Of a stretch of DNA of 64,000 nucleotides, positions 12,480-23,720 are shown piece after piece (within the stretch, counting starts at the first letter, position 1; each line of letters starts with the position of its first letter). The stretch is taken from NCBI GenBank assembly GCA_951406725.2, contig OX597816.1:3472001-3536000 (forward strand). Direction: 5' to 3'. Under the pieces are notes generated by a model that saw only the letters and a list, made by a program, of their open reading frames with translations, had not been told where the DNA came from and searched no databases. A program made the translations under genes and the position numbers. Source of the DNA: Octopus vulgaris. Its lineage: Eukaryota.

Positions 12480-12646
12480 CATATATACGACAGGCTTCTT
12501 TCAGTTTCCGTCTACCAAATCCACTCACAAGGCTTTGGTCGGCCCGAGGCTATAGTAGAAGACACTTGCCCAAGGTGCCACGCAGTGGGACTGAACCCGG
12601 AACCATGTGGTTGGTAAACAAGCTACTTACCACACAGCCACTCCTG
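12240..12646 (-). mobile_element. SINE type A, near full length
   Basis: Head at 12646, internal (TA)/(CA) microsatellite, tail ggtgctccagcatggccgcagtcaaatgactgaaacaagtaaaa. Confidence 0.92.
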
Positions 12647-12704
12647 TGGTTTGCGCCTGAAGAATATGTTTGAGTTTCCTCAATATATGAAGCTATTGTT
12701 TGTT

Positions 12705-12997
12705 CCTTCTTAAGCCAGGCTTGGCTCATAAGGGCCAGTTTCCAGGTTTCCTTGGCGTATTGGTTCCCCACTTGGACGGGACGCCGGTCCGTCGCAGGTG
12801 AGCTACAAGATGCAGGAGGAAAGAGTGAGAGTAAGTTCTGGCGAAAGAGCCAGCAGAGGTTCGCCTTTACCTCCTGCCGGAGCCGCGTGGAGCTTAGGTG
12901 TTTCGCTCATAAACACACACATCGCCCGGTCTGAGATTCGAAACGCGATCCCTCGACCGCGAGTCCGCTGCTCTAACCTCTAGGTCATGTGCCTCCA
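12705..12997 (-). mobile_element. SINE with type C head and Meta-like 3' domain
   Basis: Head matches 9444; the distal part (cctgcgacggaccggcgtcccgtccaagtgggg...gaaacc) differs from the 9444 tail. Confidence 0.7.
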
Positions 12998-13099
12998 CAT
13001 ATGAAACTATTAGTAGCGCTTTAATACATGTATTGTGACCTATAAATATATCTCTCACCAGATGGTTTCTCTTGAGGCCTGCTGTGTCTTTTAGCAAAT

Positions 13100-14230
13100 G
13101 GAACAAGTTGAGGACTCAGTTTGCTTGAGTGCTTGTGGATCATTTACTATGTGTTTTCTTGAGTGGACAGCAAGGACGGATTTGCTCCGTGCTACAAAAC
13201 CACAATAACAGTTAAGGTTTCCGTTTAGAGGAGCAGCGTTCTGCCCCGATGCTGGAGTCGACTTTGCTCAAATTTTGAACTGAGGCGAAGCAGGATTGGC
13301 GCCAGGTCCTGCATTCTGATGCTTTCTTTTCCCAGGAAGAAAAAAGAATGTTGCATCGCTTCAGATTGTCTTTTAGTCTGCCTTTAAAGCGCAAGACTGG
13401 CCTTCCAAATGACCCTCCTGTTGGGAATTTGCCAAAGTGCAAATTGGCTTCAGAATTCTGATATCACTCATTCGGGAGAGATGACCTGACCATCTGAGCT
13501 GTATTTTGAGGAAGATGGCTTCGATACCCGATGTGTTGCATTTTGTTAGTCCCTCACTGTTATGAATATGGTCGCAAGCATCAAGACGGCGAGCTGGCAG
13601 AAACGTTAGCGCGCCGGGCGAAATGCGTAACCGTATTTCGTCTGCCGTTACGTTCTGAGTTCAAATTCCGCCGAGGTCGACTTTTCCTTTCATCCTTTCG
13701 GGGTCGATAAAGTACCAGTTACGCACTGGGGTCGATATAAACGACTTAATCCGTTCGTCTGTCCTTGTTTGTCTTCCCTGTGTTTAACCCCTTGAGGGTA
13801 GTAAAGAAATATATATGTACGCAAGCATCGTGTATGAAAAACATCAAACTGGTTGATGTGCTTTCGGTACAAAGTCCAGGATTGATCACCATAAAGCAAT
13901 GCTGTCAAAAGCCCCGACTTATACACATCGAATTTCACATTCAGCGATAGATCGAGGCTGTTCGAAAGCCTGTGATAAAGTTTACCAAAAGCAGAGCTAT
14001 CCTTCTCGATTCTGAACTCAATTTCTCTGTCCATCTTCGCATCATTGGAAACAATGGAACCAAGATAAGTGAAGACGGAAACAGTTTTTAATGCTTTCTC
14101 ATCAACATATACAGATAGAGGCAATAGCGGCGGGATGGCCACGGATGGGTTGATGGACAAGCCCAGTTTTCTTGATGCTGATGGTCACACCAAAAGCCTT
14201 CGAAACACGCGAGAAGTTGACTAGATTATT
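13100..14230 (-). mobile_element. RTE/BovB-like LINE fragment interrupted by a SINE
   Basis: FTYLGSIVS...RIEKDSSAFGKL...LLYGDQSWTLYRKH...FHTRCLR and GRPVLRFKGRLKDNLK...W motifs, with frameshifts. Confidence 0.85.
13586..13812 (+). mobile_element. SINE type B inserted in the RTE with a TSD
   Basis: Full head and Deu/Nin-like body; cgcaagcatc is duplicated at 13573-13582 and 13820-13829. Confidence 0.9.
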
Positions 14231-14497
14231 TAATGATGTTATACATCGCTGGTTACAATGCGTTTCTTCACATTGTTGTAGCTTTCGACTGATGTCATGC
14301 TGCTGGCTTGGCGGCCAGGCCAACGCTCCTCCTGAACGGGAGGCGAGTCTGTTGGCAGGGTCGACCATTTACAGCTGAGAGATCTGGAACAACGTGAAAT
14401 GGAGCGTTCTCCCGAAGAACACAGCGCACCGCCGGTCTGGAAATCGAAACCACGATCTTGTGATTACGAATGGAACACTTTAAACAATAGGCCACGC
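14230..14497 (-). mobile_element. SINE (tRNA head + CORE-like + type C tail)
   Basis: Minus strand reads gtggcctattgtttaaagtg...gtttcgatttccagacc...tttcacgttgttccag...cattgtaaccagcgatgt. Confidence 0.65.
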
Positions 14498-14499
14498 AA

Positions 14500-14555
<56 letters not shown>

Positions 14556-15715
14556 ATACACGCAAATACACACAAATTTAGCGCATTTTAAACTCTCGAA
14601 TTATTTTTCTTATATACTTATGTCTATTTATCTACCTATCTGTCTGTCTGTCTCTGTGTGTGTATGTGTCTGTGTCTGTGTGTGTTTGTACATCAGTCTG
14701 TCTATTTGTCTGTTTGTCTGCATCTCTGTCTGTCTATGTGTGTGTGTCTGTATGTGTGTGTGTGTATGTCTGTCTGTCTCTCTATTTTCTGTCTATTTGT
14801 CCGTCTGTCTGCCTCTCTGTTTGTCTATGTGTGTGTGTGTGTGTGTTTATTTATGTGCAATGTAACAGGAAACACATCCTTCAAACCACAGTTTCGTCGA
14901 AACCCCATACTTAGGTCGATCGTTCTCAACATCAGATTGAGAACAAAATGGCTGCTAGAGCGTAAATTCCGATCACCGACTTTTCAAATGATCACATGAT
15001 TGCTGACGTCACCAAACATTTTCTATGCATCAATAAGTTCTTTCTTGAGACTCCGGATACAGAATGTTTCAGCCATGTATTAGCAAATAGAAAAAATTTA
15101 CAGTTTTGTTTAGGGTTGGTGTAAACTGACAAATGATAAAATTTCTCAGCAAGACATAGGTCGTAGAACTTCGACCCTCATCGAAATGCTGGTGTCTTAT
15201 CTAACATTTTCCATATAATGTTACTGGTCTCTGTTTTTCTCTCTTGGCGGAATTGACGTCTGTAAGTGTTGCCGTCGATTTTTGACAGAGTACTCTGTAA
15301 GTGAAGTATTGGCGGAGATATTTGTCCGCTATTCAATATTTTCTTTAGGCTTTTTATGAACCAAGCTCTGCAGTTCGGCAAGTGCATATCACCTCCATAT
15401 AATCTTCCCTCACTTGCAGCATTCATTGGTTTTTATAATTTTCGTAAACAATTCTTTTAGAAAGTGAATGACTCAATTTTTTTCGTCAGTCGTGAGGTTT
15501 TGCATATATTTAAAGAGAAACGAATAATTATTGGATTCAGGTAATGACAGCCGTTCTCTTGGTTTTATTTGGAAAGCTTTCTCATTAATACAGGAAAAGA
15601 AAAAAACAGAACAGTTCTCCAATACAGAGTCAAGACTCTGACAATGGAATTTAGACAACATAAAGCTGTCATGTTTCTATATATATATATCTACACATGT
15701 ATGGTTGTATGCTAA

Positions 15716-15767
15716 TGTATGTATGTATGTATGTATGTATGTATGTATGTATGTATGTATGTATGTA

Positions 15768-15802
<35 letters not shown>

Positions 15803-16320
15803 ATGTATGTATGTATGTGTGTGTGTATGTATGTATGTATGTATGTATGTATGTGTGTGTGTATGTATGTGTGTGTGTATGTATGTATGTATGTATGTAT
15901 GTATGTATGTGTGTATGTGTGTATGTATGTATGTATGTGTGTATGTGTGTATGAATGTATGTATGTCATTATCCAGTTTTATTTCAAGATTTCTTGCCAA
16001 TAGAGAAAGAGCCGGTTTCTAACCTAGATCCAAGGCTCCTTCAATGGAATTTCGACATCAACAACAGGGTATTTTTGTATGTATGTATGTATGTATGTAT
16101 GTATGTATGTATGTATGTATGTATGTATGTGTATGTGCATGTATGTATGTATGTATGTATGTATGTATGTGTATGTACATGTGTGCGTGCGTGCATGCAT
16201 GTATGTATGTATGTATGTATTATGTATGTGTGTATGTATGTGTGTGTGTATGTGTTTGTGTATGCATGCATGCATGTATGTATATATGTATGTATATATG
16301 TGTGTGTGAGGCATACATAC
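15716..16320. repeat. (GTAT)n microsatellite block containing an R4/Dong 3'UTR fragment
   Basis: Direct sequence; the unique insert 15967-16076 carries the ggagcc...gaaaccggctc motif of the Dong-like 3'UTR on the minus strand. Confidence 0.8.
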
Positions 16321-16364
16321 ATAAAAATAGAAGAGGCATACATACACACGTACAAAAAATATGT

Positions 16365-16875
16365 ATTTTCTTTGAGTCTAATTTAAGTTCTTCTTGAGCA
16401 AGTTCAAGCCCGTTACTAACAAAGCAACAACCAGACTTTCTCAGTGAAGAGAGTTTCCCGGTGTTTGTAAATATGTGGTTGAGTTGGTGTGTTGCTTGAA
16501 CTGTCGATGCGGACACCCAAGTGTCTGCATCTATTCACCTAAAGAATCTCAGATTGAGAATCTTTGCAATGTCTTACAAATCTTCACTGTGCCATTAATA
16601 GAATGGATCTGGAGAATCCGCATCAGTTTCTTTTGCTCTTTTCCCGTCAAACCGAGTATTTCTTGGTTTTTGTGGAAAAGTTTTGGTATATAACCTAATG
16701 CACTTCTGATGGTAGGTAAAAACGAGAATTCATAGAGTACAAGAGATGTAAGTTCTTCATTAATTCGCCATAAATGTTTCATTTGTTTTCTCACATCCAC
16801 TACAGCAGTGACCTCTACAAAAGTGCATGACTTTTGTTTCCTGTCCCACAGAAGAATATCAGCTCTGTTATGCTT
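16365..16875 (-). mobile_element. R4/Dong-like non-LTR retrotransposon 3' fragment (REL endonuclease)
   Basis: HNRADILLWDRKQKSCTFVEVT...ALGYIPK...LQIHSINGTVKICKT, homologous to 17397-17588. Confidence 0.75.
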
Positions 16876-17209
16876 AAAAGCAAAGAAAAAAAAATAAGAC
16901 AAAAACAAAATCAAAAAAAAAAGGAAAAAAATCACATTGCATATGGGAATGGAATTGCTGTTGAAACCAAAAGGGGAAAAAAAGGAATATTATTAGTTGA
17001 CAGACCCTCCTTACTTCAGTAAAGCATTTTGTGCTTACAGAGTGAATGTATGCAAACATATAACCCACCACCACCACCACCACACACACGCACATTGGCA
17101 TACATACATACATACATACATACATACATACATACATACATACATAGATACATACATACATACATACATACATAGGTACGTAGGTATGTATGTATGCATG
17201 TATGTATGT

Positions 17210-17692
17210 ACAAAGGGGCAAAAGTATGTACCATCATAAAGGTCAGAGGGACAAAGGGATAGAGAGAAAGAGGTATGTACCATCATAGAGGTCAGCTGCC
17301 CTGCAGATATGAATATCTCTTTGAAAATCAAATAAAATAAGAGGATATCTATGGACAACTCCTTCGAAACCTCCAGCTTCTTTCTATATCCAGACTATGA
17401 ATTATGAATTCATATTCATACCAATAATAATTGGAGCACTAGGTTTTGTTAGTAAATGCTTAAAGGAGAATCTGGATAAGCTGGGACTTTCAGAAAGCGA
17501 AATCAACCGGCTAATTCGTACATTACAAGTGCAATCTGTGAGTGGAACAGTAAAAATGTGCAAGACTTTTCTCAAGTTCCAAATGTGAATTTGTCTGTGT
17601 TAACTACATCCCAAAGATGGAGCCTTATATCTTTGTTGGAAACCGGCTCCCTCCTCCGTGGAAGATTTATAATGGTAAAAAAATAGAAGAGG
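17210..17692 (+). mobile_element. R4/Dong-like element 3' end
   Basis: IIEVSCP, FIPIIIGALG...GTVKMCKTFLKF; highly similar to 61540-62017. Confidence 0.85.
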
Positions 17693-17718
17693 CATGCATA
17701 CACACAGACAAACATCCC

Positions 17719-18542
17719 CATCACCGGATTAACCACAAAGCAAAACAATCATGTGTTTCGGACATCAAGGGAAGTGGGGAGGCACCACAGAAATAGTAAA
17801 TGGCTTACGGCACAAAGAAAAATCACTTTAAACTTTCTAAAATAATATTCAGGATGTTTTATTTCTTCTAAGTATAGAAGTAAATGTGATGTGTAAGATA
17901 AATGTTGAGGATCTGTTCAAAGATTTTGCAAGTAAAAAAAATGTAGGAGGAAACTTTTCAAATTTAAGGAAAGTGGAAATATGCACAAAAAAACATTATT
18001 ACCCCTCATATTTTTTTGGCACTCCGTCGGTTGCGACGACGAGGGTTCCAGTTGATCCGATGAACGGAACAGCCTGCTCGTGAAATTAATGTGCAAGCGA
18101 CTGAGCACTCCACAGACACATGTACCCTTTACGTAGTTCTTGGGAGATTCAGCATTATACAGAGTATGACAAGGCTGGCCCCTTTGAAATACAGATACAA
18201 CATAAACAGGAAGAAAGAGTGAGAGAAAGTTGTGGTGAAGGAGTACTGCAGGGTTCGCCACAACCCCCTGCCGGAGCCTCGAGGCTTTAGGTGTTTTCGC
18301 TCAATAAATACAACGCCCGGTCTGGGAATCGAAACCGAGATCCTACGACCGCGAGTCCGCTGCTCTAACCACTGGGCCATTGCGCCTCCACATTTCCCCT
18401 CAAACTGTAAACTTTGTTTCATTCTGAAAAATAAAAATTTATTTTATGGTTTCTTATTGTTTATATTTTGAATTACATGTCTATGGGGTCACCAAAATCT
18501 TTTTAGTGTTCAGGGCCTTTATGGGGTCTTAATCCGGCTCTG
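17719..18542 (+). mobile_element. Non-autonomous hAT element interrupted by a SINE
   Basis: TIR-like ccggattaa / ttaatccggctctg; degenerate 8-bp TSD aacatccc/cacacccc; dimerisation-domain-like relic INVEDLFKDFASKK. Confidence 0.55.
18016..18392 (-). mobile_element. SINE with type C head and alternative 3' domain
   Basis: Head tgtggaggcgcaatggcccagtggttagagc; the 3' part is homologous to 44500-44670. Confidence 0.8.
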
Positions 18543-18885
18543 CACACCCCCACACATATGTGTCATAACCGTGAAACCGTTTGTCAGCCAAGTGGACTGT
18601 ATTTGTATTGCCTGTGGAGCTCTGTAGAATGTCTTTAGCTGAGTTTGAACTGGGGACCATGGATTCAGGCGTTTAATATCGTTCACTTCGTCTCCACTAT
18701 CATAGCTTTCATATGCGCATGCGCATGTATGTGTGAGTGTGTGTTTAGGCAAGTGTTTGCGTGTGTGTCTGTGGGTGTGTGACTGAAATTTTGAGTATGA
18801 ATATATGAGCATTCATTTCTTGATTTCTGTATAAATGTAACACGTGCACGATATGTATATCTCTATCTTTTCCTTTTCCTCCTTT

Positions 18886-18942
<57 letters not shown>

Positions 18943-19086
18943 CCTATGTGTGTTGTTGTTGTTGTGTGTGTTTTTCCTCAATACGCTTATCAATAACACA
19001 AACATATTCAGTTTATACATATTCTGTTCACAGAGATATAAGAGCGTATCTTTACAACTGATGCACACACACACACACACACACAT

Positions 19087-19152
<66 letters not shown>

Positions 19153-20099
19153 GATTACACACTTTCTAATATAAGTTTCTACATACATGCATCTTCTCCA
19201 TAAACACACACACACACACACATTCATAGTATTTTCCTCGTATACACACTTGCAAAAAAAAAAAAAAAGCCATCTCGTTACACGGCACCACACAATCCCA
19301 CCCCGCATCCCACCCGTTATAAGAAGAGGCTCTGACTTGCATTCGACCATTTTAAACTCACAATGATGGCTCTTGTTGAAGACGAGCAGGCGTGCATCTT
19401 CCTAAGGAACGGGTTTAACACCAGTAAAAACATCAAAAAATATTTGTGGTTATCTATGATTCGCAGACCAGCCATCTTGGTAAAAACACTAACGATATTT
19501 ATTTATTTATTGATCTATTTAATTTTTTATCATCTTTTTTTTTTTTTTTATATCTGTGTGCTCTATTTTTTTTTTGTATTTTGTATTTCTTCAATTTTTT
19601 TTTTCCTCTTCTCGAAGCAGATGATAAACAGCAGTCTTGGACGAAGAAAGACTTTATTCTGTGCTTTGTGACAGTAATACCGGGGGCGTAGGACGCACAC
19701 ACATATGTCTTTCTCTGTGACGCAATTGTAAAGTTTAAAAAACATGGTGAGACCATCACCACAGACGGCAGTTGATGACAAAAGAGGGTCTCAAAAAATA
19801 TGAATTCCACTGAAGAAGTTTTTATCACAGAACCCGTTTTCTTCCTGGCCTTGTTTTTTGTTTGTTTACTTGCTTTAATATATATATTTATTTAATTATA
19901 TTCTTCTTCTTCTTCTTGTTGCTCTCACTTCTGTTGATGGTCGAGAAGTGTGATGTAAAAGATATGTCATTCACAAGGTGGTGCCTTACAGAAAGACCGT
20001 TTATACGGAGACTGCCACTTCGCTGTCAGAGCTACCATTCTACCGTTCATCTCGGCTGCCAATTTAAACATTTAGCCACGTTAAACAAACAGTCTATTC

Positions 20100-20208
20100 C
20101 CTCTTCCTCCTCCTGTTCCTCCTCCTCTTCCTCATGTTCCTCCCCTTTTCCTCCTCCTTTTCCTCTCCCTCTTCCTCCTCCTGTTCCTCCTGTCCCTCCT
20201 ATACCTCT

Positions 20209-20273
<65 letters not shown>

Positions 20274-20390
20274 CTTCTTCTTCTTCTTCTTCTTCTTCTT
20301 CTTCTTCTTCTTCTTCTCATCGTTGTCAGTATCATTGTCAACATCATCGTCGCCATCATCATCATCATCATCATCATCGTCGTCATCATC

Positions 20391-20433
<43 letters not shown>

Positions 20434-20492
20434 CCACCACCACCACCACCACCACCACCACCACCACCACCATCATCACCACCACCACCACC

Positions 20493-20526
<34 letters not shown>

Positions 20527-20603
20527 TCACCACCATTACCATCATCATCATCATCATCATCATCGTCGTCGTCGTCATCATCGCCGCCGCCGCCACCACC
20601 ACC
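20100..20603. repeat. Compound trinucleotide microsatellite (CCT/TTG/TTC/CAT/CAC)
   Basis: Direct sequence. Confidence 0.95.
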
Positions 20604-20747
20604 AGATATTCCTGTTGGAATTTTCCGGAATGAATTGAGAAAGAGCAGATATGTTATTACTTGGATTTGCACCAGAAAATAACTTGTTTGTTGATTTCTC
20701 TAAGCAAGAGCTTCTGCTCCCGTTAGAGTCGTCTGCTGGCTGGGTAG

Positions 20748-20798
20748 CTTTGACTGAGGAGACATACAATAAGGATGAAACACTGCAGTGTCTCTGTC
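20748..20798 (+). ncRNA. Type I hammerhead ribozyme, unit 1 (core intact, stems I/II partly eroded)
   Basis: ctttga-CTGAGGA-gac[atacaataag]gat-GAAA-cactgcagtg-TC-tc; palindromic stem III; predicted GUC cleavage after 20792. Confidence 0.7.
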
Positions 20799-21078
20799 CT
20801 TTTACACTGGTGAATTGCGTGTGTTATGGACACACATTTTTTAAAGGGAAGAGATGTTCTCTGAGGACAAAAACCAACATTAATCAGGTATTCAGGTTTG
20901 GATTTGTCTAAGCATGTTCTAAGAATGAGTAGAGTCATCACTGTTTCGATTCTCACTGTTCTGTGTGTCCCCCATGGATTATTTATGTTTGGCAGAGATC
21001 AACAAATAATTTGTTTGCTGAGTTCTATGAATAAGGACCTTGTGCTTTTGTGTTGGATCCATTTGCCTGGGAGGATAA

Positions 21079-21129
21079 CTTTGACTGAGGAGACATACAA
21101 TAAGGTTGAAACAGCATGGTGTCTCAAAG
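21079..21129 (+). ncRNA. Type I hammerhead ribozyme, unit 2 (best preserved)
   Basis: Stem I ctttga/tcaaag (6 bp), CUGAGGA, stem II gac/gtt, GAAA, stem III aca/tgt; predicted GUC cleavage after 21123. Confidence 0.78.
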
Positions 21130-21402
21130 CCCCCTTTCACTGGTGAATTGCATGTGTTATGAATACACATCATCTGTAGGGAGGGGAGAATGTTCTTTGA
21201 TGACATAAAAGCAATATCTATCAGATATTCATGTTTGAATTTGCCAGGATGTGTTAAGAAGGAATAGACACACCATTGTTTGGATTCTCACTGTTCTGTG
21301 TGTCCCCCATGAATGGCAGAGATCAGCATGCGTCAGCAAATAATTTGCTGGTTTCTATAAACGAGAGCCAGTGTTCTCCTTTATATTCCTTAATTAGGAG
21401 TA

Positions 21403-21455
21403 ACTTTGACGGAAGTGACTCAAAATAAGGTCAAAACATCACGGTGTCTCAAAGT
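21403..21455 (+). ncRNA. Degenerate hammerhead, unit 3 (core mutated)
   Basis: actttga-CGGAAGT-gac...gtc-AAAA-catcacggtg-TC-tcaaagt: stems retained, core substituted. Confidence 0.6.
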
Positions 21456-21510
21456 CCCTTTATACCGGTGAATCCCATGTGCTATGAAGACACATTATAA
21501 CGCATCTTAA

Positions 21511-21692
21511 CCCATTAAATCCCACTGTCCTATAAATAGGACACTAAATGAGAACCTTAAATAAGTTATATCACATTGTCTCAGTGTCCTATTTATAGGA
21601 CACCGAGTATTTCCATTTTACTTGAAGTAAAGGAGTTTTAATAATCCTTTTTTTCATTTTAACCTATTTTCTATCATCTGGAACTTAATGGG
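21511..21692. mobile_element. piggyBac-type MITE
   Basis: TTAA at 21507-21510 and 21693-21696; TIR cccattaaatccca / tggaacttaatggg; internal inverted gtgtcctat...ataggacac motifs. Confidence 0.8.
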
Positions 21693-22189
21693 TTAAAGGA
21701 AGAGATATTCTCTGATGGCAAAAAACAACAGATATTCATGTTCCAGTCTGCCGGAAAGTATCAAGAATGAATAAATACGTTATTGTATGGATTCCCACAG
21801 TTCTATATGGATCCCACGATTAAGCATTCATTTATTTTCTATTATTTTGGTGAAGAAAATATTGCATAACAAATAATATTCTAAGACTGCTCCAGAATCC
21901 CCCGTGTTCACAGATTGCAGTATCGTCCCTGAATAGTTTTTATATTGTAAAACCAGGTAACATCACATTTTGTGAAGGAAGGCACCCTTGCGTCGTTTCC
22001 AAAGACCTTCGTAAATTAAGGTACCATGAGACGTATCCAAAGACGTTAAGGTACCGTTGGATGGGCCCTGAGGGCCGTTTATACAGTAAAGCATACGGTA
22101 ACGCTAGTCTTTCTAAATTAAGGTACCATTAAAGGCAAGGTAGGCAAAGTCGACCTTGGCGGAATTTGAACTCAGAATGTAAAGACATC

Positions 22190-22300
22190 ACATCATCATT
22201 GTTCGACCGTGGTCGAGACAATGGAATTTACTATGCTACGCCAGACTTCACGGTCCATCGTAGTATTTACGGAGGTCCTGTTGCTGGATGCCTGTATGTA
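22190..22300 (-). mobile_element. RTE-like LINE 3' end fragment
   Basis: Minus strand encodes MDREVWRSIVNSIV followed by a (GAT)n tail. Confidence 0.5.
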
Positions 22301-23114
22301 GTAGCGGCGCGCGCACACAATATTAGCCATTTGAAAAGGCTATGGAATTTACAATTAACTGCACCAGGGTTCCTCTCCCCAGGGAACCAGACTTAATGGT
22401 ATACCTGTGGATGTAGGTCCAGCCCCTGCTTTGCCGGGTCCTGTCTCTGATCACCATTAAAACTGATATGTATTGCAGGTGAAGAGGCAGTCGTTGGATA
22501 CTTTTGAGTGAGAGAGTAAATAAAAATCTAGAAAAACAAATATTTAGTGTTAATAAATTTGATCTCAATGTGAAGAATTTCTTCGCTGCGATGCCAAGAT
22601 AATGAGATGTTACATGATCAACAGTATTCTGTTACGGCTTTTGAGCCTCGTTAGAATTCTTCATTAGCTGCGAAGTTGCTGCAATATCAGAGTGCATGGT
22701 GTGTAAGATTGAAATATTTTGCCAAAATTCTTCGCGGTGATTTTGTAATGAATGAAATAAAACTACATAATGTTATTTAATACATAATTATGTTTTATTG
22801 TACATGCGTGTATGTATAATGCGTGTGTATACCTGCATGTGTGTGTGTATGTCTCTGTACATATGTGCATATATATATAATATATATATATATATATTTA
22901 TGCAGCTGAGGATAGCTCTGCATTTAAAGTGATGTAATGATTGCATTGTTCGATTAAATGGAGTCGCTTGAAACGGTCGTACTTCATCACCTCTGGATAT
23001 CCAGTTGCTTATTTTGATTTTATTCACCTCATTTTGAAACTGTACGGATAATACCGGACTAATTTTTGGTGCCTCAGCTTAATTACCTAATTCATCTGAA
23101 TCTCAATTATCTTG

Positions 23115-23150
<36 letters not shown>

Positions 23151-23720
23151 TACAAGCACAGACACAACACACTTCCTCCCCAAACACACATATATACACA
23201 CTCATATATGTATGTATACACGCTTATACAGACACACTAGCACTACCACACTATATTCATATAATTAGAAGATAGTTTCCAGAATCTGACTTTCCTGTCA
23301 CTAATTATTTAAACGATTGTCAATATGTATGTATGTGTGAGTGTTTGTATGTATGTAGGTATGTGTGTGTATGTATGTATGATTATATGGATGTATATAT
23401 GCATGTATGAATGTTATATATGTATGTATCGATATATGTCTCTACATATGTTTATGTGTGCGCATGTATATATATATATGTGTATGTTTAAATATATATA
23501 TACGTGTGTGTGTGTGTGCGTATGTGTTATATATATATATATATATATCTGTGTGTACATCTAAAATAATGAAACTGTCTCGGTTGGCTGTTGTGAACAT
23601 TAGCAGAAACACTAACACTCCTGTACGGATACTGATACACACATGTACACACATACGGACACACTCATACAAACACACACATGCGTACACATACACACGC
23701 ACTCACGCCCGCCCGCACGC

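Larger units (their letters stand above)
20602..21820 (+). repeat. ~325-331 bp tandem array (about 3.5 units) with one type I hammerhead fold per full unit; retrozyme-like
   Basis: Conserved landmarks recur: cagatattc-like at 20602/20885/21222/21728; ctttgac at 20748/21079/21404; gattctcactgttctgtgtgtcccccatg at ~20949 and ~21283. Confidence 0.85.

Noticed and set aside
15178-15661. Minus-strand ORF pieces with weak L1/Tx1-like GG..LPN motif
   Set aside because: Similarity too weak to call by eye.
19862-20682. Long poly-His/Cys/Ser/Pro ORFs
   Set aside because: Stop-free trinucleotide microsatellites, open in several frames on both strands.
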